Below, one piece after another: positions 8,693 through 16,589 of a stretch of DNA of 50,196 nucleotides. The notes beneath the pieces were generated by a model. It had not been told where the DNA came from. It saw nothing but the letters and a program-made list of their open reading frames with translations, and did no database searches. Position 1 is the stretch's first letter. Each line of letters opens with the position of its first letter. Origin of the DNA: an uncultured Gammaproteobacteria bacterium (GTDB taxonomy: Bacteria; Patescibacteriota; Microgenomatia; CAYQLK01); NCBI GenBank assembly GCA_964418515.1, contig CAYQLK010000003.1:1-50196 (forward strand). Reading direction: 5' to 3'. Made by a program: the position numbers and the translations under genes.

Positions 8693-8724
8693 GTCTTAAG
8701 TGTTTCCTCCTTTGAATGGTGAGC

Positions 8725-9213
8725 TTATTCGGTCTCGCTGTCTAACAGCTTCCAAGTGTCAGGATCGCCAAGGTGACGCTTGTCGTGTCTGGTAAAACGC
8801 CGATCAAGCGAAGGGTCTGCGCTGTCAGGAATTCCCAGATCAGGAAACTGAAATGCGCGGAGGAGGGCGAAGGTTTTTTTGAGTAGGCCGACTCCGATGT
8901 TTACGGTGCCGTCCATACTCATGTCTCCGGTTTTGACACGACTCTTGATCAACCAAAGATCCTCTTCGGTAACGAGAATTTCTTCATAGTTATCCTCGCA
9001 CCCTTCATAAAAATCGCCGTTTATGGGAACAAGTTCATCATAAAGATGTCCCAGCCCCGAAAGGAGCGATCGATTTGGGTCAACCTCTTGGTATGCTGTT
9101 GATCCGCGCTGCTCAGGGTGAGCTGGTTGTGGAATACCATCGATTGAGTCCACAAGGTGGACGACTTCGTAGACGTTGAGCTTGAGTCCAAGGACTCTTA
9201 CATTGTCAGACAT
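8725..9213 (-). CDS. hypothetical acidic 162-aa protein (GC-rich cassette, proximal gene)
   Basis: AGGAGG (9222-9218) lies 4 nt from the ATG. High GC3. About 30 D/E versus 16 K/R by my count. No TM segment, signal peptide or catalytic motif recognised. Confidence 0.55.
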   Translation of the reverse strand: MSDNVRVLGLKLNVYEVVHLVDSIDGIPQPAHPEQRGSTAYQEVDPNRSLLSGLGHLYDELVPINGDFYEGCEDNYEEILVTEEDLWLIKSRVKTGDMSMDGTVNIGVGLLKKTFALLRAFQFPDLGIPDSADPSLDRRFTRHDKRHLGDPDTWKLLDSETE

Positions 9214-9294
9214 TGATCCTCCTTGAAGACCGAGGTGTTTTTCTGTGCTTTAGGATTAAGGTGCCAGAAAGCGTTAACTTTTCTGTTGGCGGAA

Positions 9295-9324
9295 ATTATA
9301 TACCTAATGTCTAATTTAGGCTAA
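9295..9324 (-). promoter_or_regulatory. candidate sigma70-type promoter for the GC-rich cassette
   Basis: On the minus strand: TTAGCC (9324-9319, the last two helicase codons), N18, then TATAAT (9300-9295). Read-through from the helicase gene is an equally good alternative. Confidence 0.3.
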
Positions 9325-12201
9325 TGAGGCGGGACAAATCTTATTAAAAGGACAATTAGTACAACTAAACTTGTCAGGTTTGGGAATGAAATTCTCGGAC
9401 ACAATTCCTTCTTTTACTTTTGTAATATCACTCATGGCTTTTTGATAAAGTTTTTCATCAGGTTTGCGTTTGGCATAAATATTATTTTCTACAAAATAAA
9501 GTCCGATTTCGTCAGCTGGGTGGTGATATTTTTCTTTGTAAGCCAGTGCATAAATTTTAAGTTGAATCGAGCTATTCACACGCTCTTTGGCTTTTTTCTC
9601 ATCAACACCTTGTGATGTTTTGAAGTCCATGATGGTTGTTTTGTCTTTGTCGATGGTAATTAAGTCGAACCTTCCTGTAATCATTACTCCGTCGTATACA
9701 AGATTGAATTTTTCTTCGACTAACAAATTCTCGTATTGAGTGTCTTTTTGATTTTGGTAAAACTCACTAATTATTTGTTTGCCTTTGTTGAATAACTCTT
9801 CCCTGTTTTGGGCATTAAAAAATCCAACATCGGAAAAGTTTGATGTATAAACATTAATTAATTCTTTGCTTGTAATTGGAGTATGTGATTTTTTGGCGAG
9901 ATAAAAAGCTTCTAGGGATTTGTGAACTGCAGTTCCGAGAACCATTGCTCCTGTCTGGCTTTTGGGAAGCTTGAGCAGGTAGTTATATCGGTATTGAAGA
10001 GGACAAGTTAAATAACTATTAATTGAATCTTGATTAAGTTTCAGTGGATGATTTGGTAACACTTTCTTTTCTTTTTGCACGACCATTAAAGGGAGCTGTT
10101 CGCTTGAAGCAAAGCGGCTGATTTTTTCAATTGCGTTAAGTTTGGTTGGGACGACTTCTAAATCTTGTTTGCCGAATGACTCCAAAAGAAATTGCGATGG
10201 TTTTTTTGATCTGGCCCCACCATAATCTTCTGCCCAAGTAAGAAACAGGTTTTCTTTTGCTCTGGTAACGGCAACATAAAAAAGTCTTCTCTCCTCTTGA
10301 AGATCGCTTTGTTTGGAATTATTTGCCGAATCTTCTAATAACTCGTTGGGGATACTAATTCCTTGAGACTTTGACCTTGATGGAAATCTATCAGAAACCA
10401 AATTGATAATAAAAACACTGTCAAACTCAAGTCCTTTCGACGAGTGAATCGTTAATACATTAACCGCCTCAAGTGATTGGTCTAGTGTTGCAGTAGTTGA
10501 GGTATCACCAGACTCCTCGAGTAGTACAAAGGTGGTGATGTAGTTAATAACTGAAGGGTCGATCGTCGAGCTGATAAATTCTGAAAGTTTTTCAAAAAGT
10601 TTAGAAATGTTTTCGATTTTTCTAATATCTTCAGTTTTGTTTGACTTTTGGTAAGTCTGAAAAACTTTGTGATCGAGCAAAAATGTGTATAAAAGTTCAG
10701 CAACATTTTTTTGTATTGCAATTGCAGCATATTTTTGTAAATCCGAAACTAAAGTTTCAATTTTTGTTTTTTCGGAATCGGGAATTTTTAATTCATCAAA
10801 GTTAGAAATCGTTTCGAGAAGCTCAAATAATTTAATGTGCCTATTTCGGGTATAAGCGGCCAGTTTAATCATTATGTCCGGATCAATACTGTAATATTCC
10901 GAAACACCTAGGTGATATAGACTCAAATCGTCTTCAAAGTTAGTTAAGGTTTTGAGAAAGAATATTAGATTTTTTACTTCGGGTGTTTGATATAACGAAG
11001 TCGTTCCAACGGACTGAACAGGAATACCGACATTTTCTAGGGCGCGAATAAAAGGAATGGCGTGACTTGCAGCTCTTGATAGTATGGCAATGTCGGAGTA
11101 TTTTTTCCCAGATTTGTTTAACTCAATAATTTTTTGTGTTACTAGCTCTACCTCGTCACTTAATGTTGTGCCTCGTAGAATTTGAGGTTTGGTTTTGGAC
11201 GTGTTAACAGCGGCTTCTAATTTTTTATTTATCTTTGCGGCAAACTCTAGCCGGTCGGGGTTATTGTTTTGAATGACTTCATAGGCTAAGTCTAGAATCC
11301 CCTGATTGGATCTGTAGTTTTTGGTTAAAACAAATTGTTTGGCATCTGGATAATTAGTTTTGAAAGAAAGAATATTGGAAATCGAAGCGCCACGAAATTT
11401 GTAAATAGATTGATCATCATCCCCAACTACGGTTAAGTTGTGGTGTTTACCACAAAGCATATTAACCAAATCGTTTTGCGCGAGATTAGTATCTTGGAAT
11501 TCATCGACAAGAATATATTTGTATCTATTTTGATAGTTCGTAAGAATATTTGGATGTTCTTTGAAGGCAAGGCGAACTAAATATAGTAGGTCTGAAAAGT
11601 CGACAAAATTACCAAGTCTTTTTAGTTCTTCATACTGACTAAAACAGTTGGCAAGTTCAGTGAGTTTGGCTGATTCGGCAGAATCTTCAAGTTGGGAAAC
11701 GTGCAAAAGTAGTGATTGACTGGTGATATTTTCATCTTTTAGGTTGCTAAAAAAAGAAGTCAAGTCGCGGAGAAACTTAAGAGGATTATTTACAGGTCTA
11801 AAATATTCAAGACTAAGACTATAAAGGTGAGACCTTAGAAATAGAATTTGCTGATTTTGAGTGAGTATTTTGTAGTCAGGGGACAGACCAACATCGTAGG
11901 CAATATCCCTTAGAATCGAGTCGGCAAAAGCGTGAAAGGTAAAAACCGAGATTGAAGAAAAAACATCAGGTAATAAATCATAGACTCGAAAATCCATTTC
12001 CTCTGAAGCTTTTTCAGTAAAAGTAAGGGCTAAAATTTCTTCAGGTTTAGCTAGTTTTTGCTCAATTAAATATGCGATCCTTCTGGTAATTACTGCTGTT
12101 TTACCTGTGCCGGCTCCGGCAATTATTAATACAGGACCCTCTGTTTCGATAACGGCATTTTTTTGCTCAGGATTGAGGTTTTTTAGGATGTCTGGTTTCA
12201 T
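9316..12201 (-). CDS. UvrD-family helicase fused to a C-terminal PD-(D/E)XK nuclease with a Cas4/AddB-type Cys cluster (AddA/AddB-like single-chain helicase-nuclease)
   Basis: AGAGTGKT, DEFQDTN, GDDDQSIYKFRGA and YVAVTRAKE helicase motifs. The C-terminal domain has CPLQYRY, GRFDLI, MDFKTS, QLKIYALAY and CTNCPFNKIC (C..CX2CX5C). Confidence 0.85.
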   Translation of the reverse strand: MKPDILKNLNPEQKNAVIETEGPVLIIAGAGTGKTAVITRRIAYLIEQKLAKPEEILALTFTEKASEEMDFRVYDLLPDVFSSISVFTFHAFADSILRDIAYDVGLSPDYKILTQNQQILFLRSHLYSLSLEYFRPVNNPLKFLRDLTSFFSNLKDENITSQSLLLHVSQLEDSAESAKLTELANCFSQYEELKRLGNFVDFSDLLYLVRLAFKEHPNILTNYQNRYKYILVDEFQDTNLAQNDLVNMLCGKHHNLTVVGDDDQSIYKFRGASISNILSFKTNYPDAKQFVLTKNYRSNQGILDLAYEVIQNNNPDRLEFAAKINKKLEAAVNTSKTKPQILRGTTLSDEVELVTQKIIELNKSGKKYSDIAILSRAASHAIPFIRALENVGIPVQSVGTTSLYQTPEVKNLIFFLKTLTNFEDDLSLYHLGVSEYYSIDPDIMIKLAAYTRNRHIKLFELLETISNFDELKIPDSEKTKIETLVSDLQKYAAIAIQKNVAELLYTFLLDHKVFQTYQKSNKTEDIRKIENISKLFEKLSEFISSTIDPSVINYITTFVLLEESGDTSTTATLDQSLEAVNVLTIHSSKGLEFDSVFIINLVSDRFPSRSKSQGISIPNELLEDSANNSKQSDLQEERRLFYVAVTRAKENLFLTWAEDYGGARSKKPSQFLLESFGKQDLEVVPTKLNAIEKISRFASSEQLPLMVVQKEKKVLPNHPLKLNQDSINSYLTCPLQYRYNYLLKLPKSQTGAMVLGTAVHKSLEAFYLAKKSHTPITSKELINVYTSNFSDVGFFNAQNREELFNKGKQIISEFYQNQKDTQYENLLVEEKFNLVYDGVMITGRFDLITIDKDKTTIMDFKTSQGVDEKKAKERVNSSIQLKIYALAYKEKYHHPADEIGLYFVENNIYAKRKPDEKLYQKAMSDITKVKEGIVSENFIPKPDKFSCTNCPFNKICPASLA

Positions 12202-12236
12202 GTGCTACAATCATATCACTTGAAAGAAAAACACCA

Positions 12237-13346
12237 ATGTTACCCGAAAGTTTAATTGTAATTATTTCCAGTTTAGTGTTAATTGTTGCTGTTCTTGCGA
12301 TGTTTTTTTGGTTGTTTAAAAAATATTTCCAACAGAATTTTGAAGCCATGAGTGACAGGGCGATGAATAAAAATGTAAAGAATATTATCGAACTGGCAAA
12401 AAGCGAACTGTCGAGTGAGAAAGATTCGATAAACATCGATTTGAAGAATAAACAGGATTCGATCGAAAAATTAGTCAAAGGTTTACAAGACGAGATAAAT
12501 GCGCGACAAAAAGAAATTAGAGAAATGGAACAAAATAGAAATAAGAGTTATGGAGAAATTGCCCGCGCAATAACCGATCATCAAAAAATTACTGAGGATT
12601 TAAAAATTACAACACAGAATCTTGGTCGAGTTCTGTCAAATAATCAATCACGTGGACAATGGGGTGAACATATAATTGAAGGCTTACTTGAACAGGCGGG
12701 CTTAATTGAAAATATTCATTTTTTAAGACAGACGCCTCTTGGCAACTCAGATGTGAAACCAGACATTACTTTGCTATTGCCTGGGAAAAAAGTAATCGCA
12801 GTTGATGTTAAGTTTCCTTATCAGGCAATTCAAAGAATGGTGGACGCGGAAAATATTTCCGAAAAAGAGTTAGAGAAAAAAATGTTTAAAACCGATGTTG
12901 CGGCCAAATTAAAACAAGTGGAAAAATATATCGACACGACTCGAGGGACGTTGGATTATGCAGTAATGTTTGTGCCGAATGAAGCACTATTTAGTTTTAT
13001 TGCTAAAGAATTTGCCGATGTAATAACTGATGCTTTTAAAAAGAAAATACTAATTGTTTCCCCTTTTTCTTTTATACCGATTACTAAAACTGTTTTGGAA
13101 ATGCATAAGAGTTTTACAATGGAAAACAGTCTGAGAAATTTAATGGTTATGTTTTCGGATTTTTCCAAGCAGTGGGGAATGTTTAAGGGTGAGTTTGAAA
13201 AGTTTGACAAGTCGATAAAGTCTTTAAGAGTAAATTACGATCAAATCAGTTCAACAAGATTTAAAGAAATGGATCGAAGGGTAAAAAAAATAGAAGGACA
13301 TAGTGTTGGTCAAATTGAGAAGGACGAAGTAAAACTAATTGAGTAA
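12237..13346 (+). CDS. rmuC: DNA recombination protein RmuC
   Basis: N-terminal TM segment, a coiled-coil region, then SRGQWGEHIIEGLLEQAGL and PDITLLLPGKKVIAVDVKFP, typical of the RmuC family. Confidence 0.8.
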   Translation: MLPESLIVIISSLVLIVAVLAMFFWLFKKYFQQNFEAMSDRAMNKNVKNIIELAKSELSSEKDSINIDLKNKQDSIEKLVKGLQDEINARQKEIREMEQNRNKSYGEIARAITDHQKITEDLKITTQNLGRVLSNNQSRGQWGEHIIEGLLEQAGLIENIHFLRQTPLGNSDVKPDITLLLPGKKVIAVDVKFPYQAIQRMVDAENISEKELEKKMFKTDVAAKLKQVEKYIDTTRGTLDYAVMFVPNEALFSFIAKEFADVITDAFKKKILIVSPFSFIPITKTVLEMHKSFTMENSLRNLMVMFSDFSKQWGMFKGEFEKFDKSIKSLRVNYDQISSTRFKEMDRRVKKIEGHSVGQIEKDEVKLIE

Positions 13347-13370
13347 TATAGATATATCTACTCGATATAA

Positions 13371-13754
13371 TTGTTACCTAAAGTGAAAAGACCTATTGTA
13401 GTTATTTGGCTAATTATTTTATTCAGCTGGTCTGGGGTGATTTGGATTGGAAAGTCCGGAAATGCGGAAAAAGAGAGAGATCACTTATTGCTATTTCTAC
13501 TATTATTGCCAGCTTTGACTTTTTTACTCTCTTTTGTGGTCTTTTTGGTAAGAATATTAATAAGAAAAGGTCAAGATGAACGTGTAGTTTTTAAATCTAG
13601 TTTTTGGTGGACACTACTATTTGTTTCCGTTATCTTGATTGGCTGGTTTTTGAATACAAGAAAAATGCTGGATTTGGTATATGTAGGAATACTCCTAGGA
13701 ATTATAGTTTGTGGAGGAATGTTTTTGAAACTTGGACTAAGACGAGGTTATTAA
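13371..13754 (+). CDS. hypothetical membrane protein (about 4 TM)
   Basis: TTG start. Hydrophobic segments throughout. No recognisable motif. Confidence 0.45.
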   Translation: MLPKVKRPIVVIWLIILFSWSGVIWIGKSGNAEKERDHLLLFLLLLPALTFLLSFVVFLVRILIRKGQDERVVFKSSFWWTLLFVSVILIGWFLNTRKMLDLVYVGILLGIIVCGGMFLKLGLRRGY

Positions 13755-14275
13755 GGGGTTGAGTTTGGAATAATAACAATATCTTCTTGCCACCCATTGC
13801 TATTTGTATTTAAGATATTTCCATCATTATCCGTAACATGTATGTCTAATGTAACTGATTGAACAGGTAGGTTGGATACATCCCATTCATAAATATAAGG
13901 AGCCGAGTTAAGTGTTGTAAGTTTTTGCCATAAACCTTTTGTTTTGTAAAATATTTCTACCGACTTAACACCACTCTGATCATCTGAGGCCTCGACAGAA
14001 ATAGTTACTTTGTTTCCGTAAATTACCGATCCTGTAGTAGGGCTTATTATTTTGCCAGTCGGGGAGGTTACATCGCCTGAGGTACTAGTATTATTTTTGT
14101 TTTTGGAAACGGCTTGATAGGTCAAAAAAAGAGCTAGAGAGAAAATAACCACTAAGACGATTAGGCCTATTTTATTTATGTTTTTTGACTGTTCTTTTTT
14201 TACTAAAACCTTTTCTTCTGAAAATGGTTTTGATTTATTGGGTATCATTTGGATAATTCTTGTGTATTTTATCAT
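13751..14275 (-). CDS. membrane-anchored hypothetical protein with an Ig-like beta-sandwich domain
   Basis: N-terminal TM anchor. KVTISVEASDDQSGVKSVEIFYK...YEWDVSNLP...HVTDNDGN resembles bacterial Ig-like repeats. Confidence 0.5.
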   Translation of the reverse strand: MIKYTRIIQMIPNKSKPFSEEKVLVKKEQSKNINKIGLIVLVVIFSLALFLTYQAVSKNKNNTSTSGDVTSPTGKIISPTTGSVIYGNKVTISVEASDDQSGVKSVEIFYKTKGLWQKLTTLNSAPYIYEWDVSNLPVQSVTLDIHVTDNDGNILNTNSNGWQEDIVIIPNSTP

Positions 14276-14349
14276 TTACTGGCAGAGCTGTAATTAGCCA
14301 TAATTACGCAGGATGTTTTTGCTATAATTTGACTTCGAAAGAATACTTC

Positions 14350-16587
14350 ATGCAAAAGGAACTTAAATCCCAAAAAAATAAATTGCCACTTTATAAAAAA
14401 CACAGGAGAAGTATTCCTGAAAAAGTGGCGTGGGGTACTCTTTGGTTAATCTTCCCACCTAAAGATAGGGTTTTTAGAGGAACACTTTTTAGAGTATCAA
14501 CTTTTGTTTTTTTAGTTTTGGTTTCGATGTTTTGGTGGATAACTAAAGATCTACCAACAAAAAACCTTACTGAAAGAGACATAGATTTAACTACAAAAAT
14601 TTATGACCGTAACGGTAAGCTTCTATATAATATATATGCTGATAAAAATCGAACGTTATTGCCTTTTGACCAAATTCCTCAAAATATAAAGAGTGCAACA
14701 ATTGCCATTGAAGATAAGGATTTTTATAAACATAAAGGTTTTGATATTTTGGGAGTGATTCGAGCAGCAACTTCTATTGCTTTTAAGCAAGAGCTACAAG
14801 GTGGATCAACAATCACACAACAACTAGTAAAAACTGCTTTTTTGTCACCTGAACGAAACCTTACTAGAAAAATTAAGGAATTGTATTTGGCGTATCAAGT
14901 TGAAAGTAAATTTAGTAAAAATCAAATACTTGAAATGTATCTAAACGAGGTGCCATATGGAGGTACGGCGTATGGCATTGAAGCTGCGTCGCAAACTTAT
15001 TTTGGTAAAAAAGTGAGCGAATTAACTCTTGGCGAATCTGCTTTGATTGCCGGACTACCTCAAAGCCCAACAACTTACTCCCCTTTTGGAAATAACCCAA
15101 AATTAGCTAAACAAAGGCAAGCAGAAGTACTAAGAAGAATGGTTGAAGACAAAACAATTACTGCAGAAGAATCTGAAAAGGCGATTTCAGAAGTGTTGAT
15201 TTTTTCTCAGCCAAATATTGATATTAAAGCACCACACTTTGTGCTTTTTATTAAAGATCAACTTGCTCAAAAATATGGTGATAAATTAGTTGAACAAGGC
15301 GGATTAAAAGTAACGACTACTTTGGACTTAGACATTCAAGAGACTGCACAAGATGCGGTTACAACTGAGGTAGCTAAATTAAAAAACTACAATGTTGGAA
15401 ACGGAGCTGCAATGGTAACCAATCCAAAAACTGGTGAGATATTAGCAATGGTAGGTTCGAGAGATTATTTTGATACGGCTAACGACGGGAATGTGAATGT
15501 GACAACTTCTCTTAGGCAACCTGGGTCTTCGATTAAACCAATTAATTATGCGGGCGGACTAATGAATGGGCTTACGGCAGGAACAGTTATTGTTGATGGT
15601 CCAGTTACATTTAAGGGTACTCCACCATATACCCCAAAAAACTATGATGGCAAATTCCATGGTGCTGTAACTTTTAGAAAAGCACTAGCTAACTCATACA
15701 ATATCCCCGCAGTTAAAGTCTTGGCATACAATACCGTGCCTTTTATGTTAGAGCTAGCTCAAAAAATGGGCATTACTACATTTGGTGATCCTTCAAGATA
15801 TGGGCTTTCGCTGACTTTGGGGGGTGGCGAAGTAAAAATGATTGATATGACAACAGCTTTTAGCGCCTTTGCAAATAAGGGCATTACCCATGAAGCTTAC
15901 GGAATTATTAAAGTTGAAGATAAAGATGGAAAAATTTTAGAAGAGCATCTGCCTGAGAACGGCAAACAAGCAATTCCGGAAGAGGTCGCATTTATTATCT
16001 CGCATATTTTGGCAGATAACCAAGCCAGAGCTGACGCTTTTGGGACAGGGAGTCAATTAAATATTCCCGGCAAAGTGGTTTCTGTAAAAACTGGGACGAC
16101 GGATGATATTCGTGATAACTGGACAATTGGATACACACCTTCTTATTTGACTGTGGTTTGGGTCGGCAACAACGACAATAAACCATTAAACAGATCACTA
16201 ACATCAGGCGTAACAGGAGCCGCACCAATTTGGAATAAAATTATGAAGAGTTTACTTAAGAATAAAGAAATAGAAACCCTTGTAACACCAGAAAATGTTG
16301 TTTCAAGAGCGACTTGTGTGGGTATTGGAGAAAAGAAAGATGATGGAACGACAAGTTGCAAATCTCAAATCGAATTTTATGTTAAAGGTACTGAGCCTAA
16401 AAATGAAGAAGGTAAGTTTGTGAAAGGCGATGTTTGGTTTGATCCAAAAACAAGAAAAATTGTACAACCAGGAACAGCTGAGGCAATTGAGAAAAAAGAT
16501 GCAGTTGTAGTAACAGACTTTTATCAACCAGGCGAAGGATATTGTATAAATTGTGTTGAAGAAGATAAACCGGAAGACCAACAATAA
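14350..16587 (+). CDS. class A penicillin-binding protein (GT51 transglycosylase plus transpeptidase)
   Basis: AIEDKDFYKHKGFD and GGSTITQQLVK (GT51). GSSIKP (SxxK), SYN (SxN) and KTGTT (transpeptidase). The start is moved to ATG 14350 (MQKELKSQ); the track start 14260 overlaps the upstream gene. Confidence 0.85.
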   Translation: MQKELKSQKNKLPLYKKHRRSIPEKVAWGTLWLIFPPKDRVFRGTLFRVSTFVFLVLVSMFWWITKDLPTKNLTERDIDLTTKIYDRNGKLLYNIYADKNRTLLPFDQIPQNIKSATIAIEDKDFYKHKGFDILGVIRAATSIAFKQELQGGSTITQQLVKTAFLSPERNLTRKIKELYLAYQVESKFSKNQILEMYLNEVPYGGTAYGIEAASQTYFGKKVSELTLGESALIAGLPQSPTTYSPFGNNPKLAKQRQAEVLRRMVEDKTITAEESEKAISEVLIFSQPNIDIKAPHFVLFIKDQLAQKYGDKLVEQGGLKVTTTLDLDIQETAQDAVTTEVAKLKNYNVGNGAAMVTNPKTGEILAMVGSRDYFDTANDGNVNVTTSLRQPGSSIKPINYAGGLMNGLTAGTVIVDGPVTFKGTPPYTPKNYDGKFHGAVTFRKALANSYNIPAVKVLAYNTVPFMLELAQKMGITTFGDPSRYGLSLTLGGGEVKMIDMTTAFSAFANKGITHEAYGIIKVEDKDGKILEEHLPENGKQAIPEEVAFIISHILADNQARADAFGTGSQLNIPGKVVSVKTGTTDDIRDNWTIGYTPSYLTVVWVGNNDNKPLNRSLTSGVTGAAPIWNKIMKSLLKNKEIETLVTPENVVSRATCVGIGEKKDDGTTSCKSQIEFYVKGTEPKNEEGKFVKGDVWFDPKTRKIVQPGTAEAIEKKDAVVVTDFYQPGEGYCINCVEEDKPEDQQ

Positions 16588-16589
16588 TA

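Noticed and set aside
8160-9290. The GC-rich cassette as a simple assembly chimera
   Set aside because: This is not fully rejected. A 1.1-kb foreign block flanked on both sides by the same low-GC genome is hard to produce by a chimeric contig join, and its terminator and promoter signals are interleaved with the ends of the flanking host genes. Read-pair validation is still required.
12167-12478. 103-aa minus-strand ORF across the helicase/rmuC divergent junction
   Set aside because: It overlaps both the helicase start and the rmuC N-terminus. The product is Phe/Ser/Ile-rich and low-complexity, typical of antisense AT-rich coding sequence.
14260-14349. N-terminal 30-codon extension of the PBP ORF
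   Set aside because: It overlaps the start of the divergent gene 13751-14275. The basic cytoplasmic tail and TM anchor of a class A PBP begin at ATG 14350.
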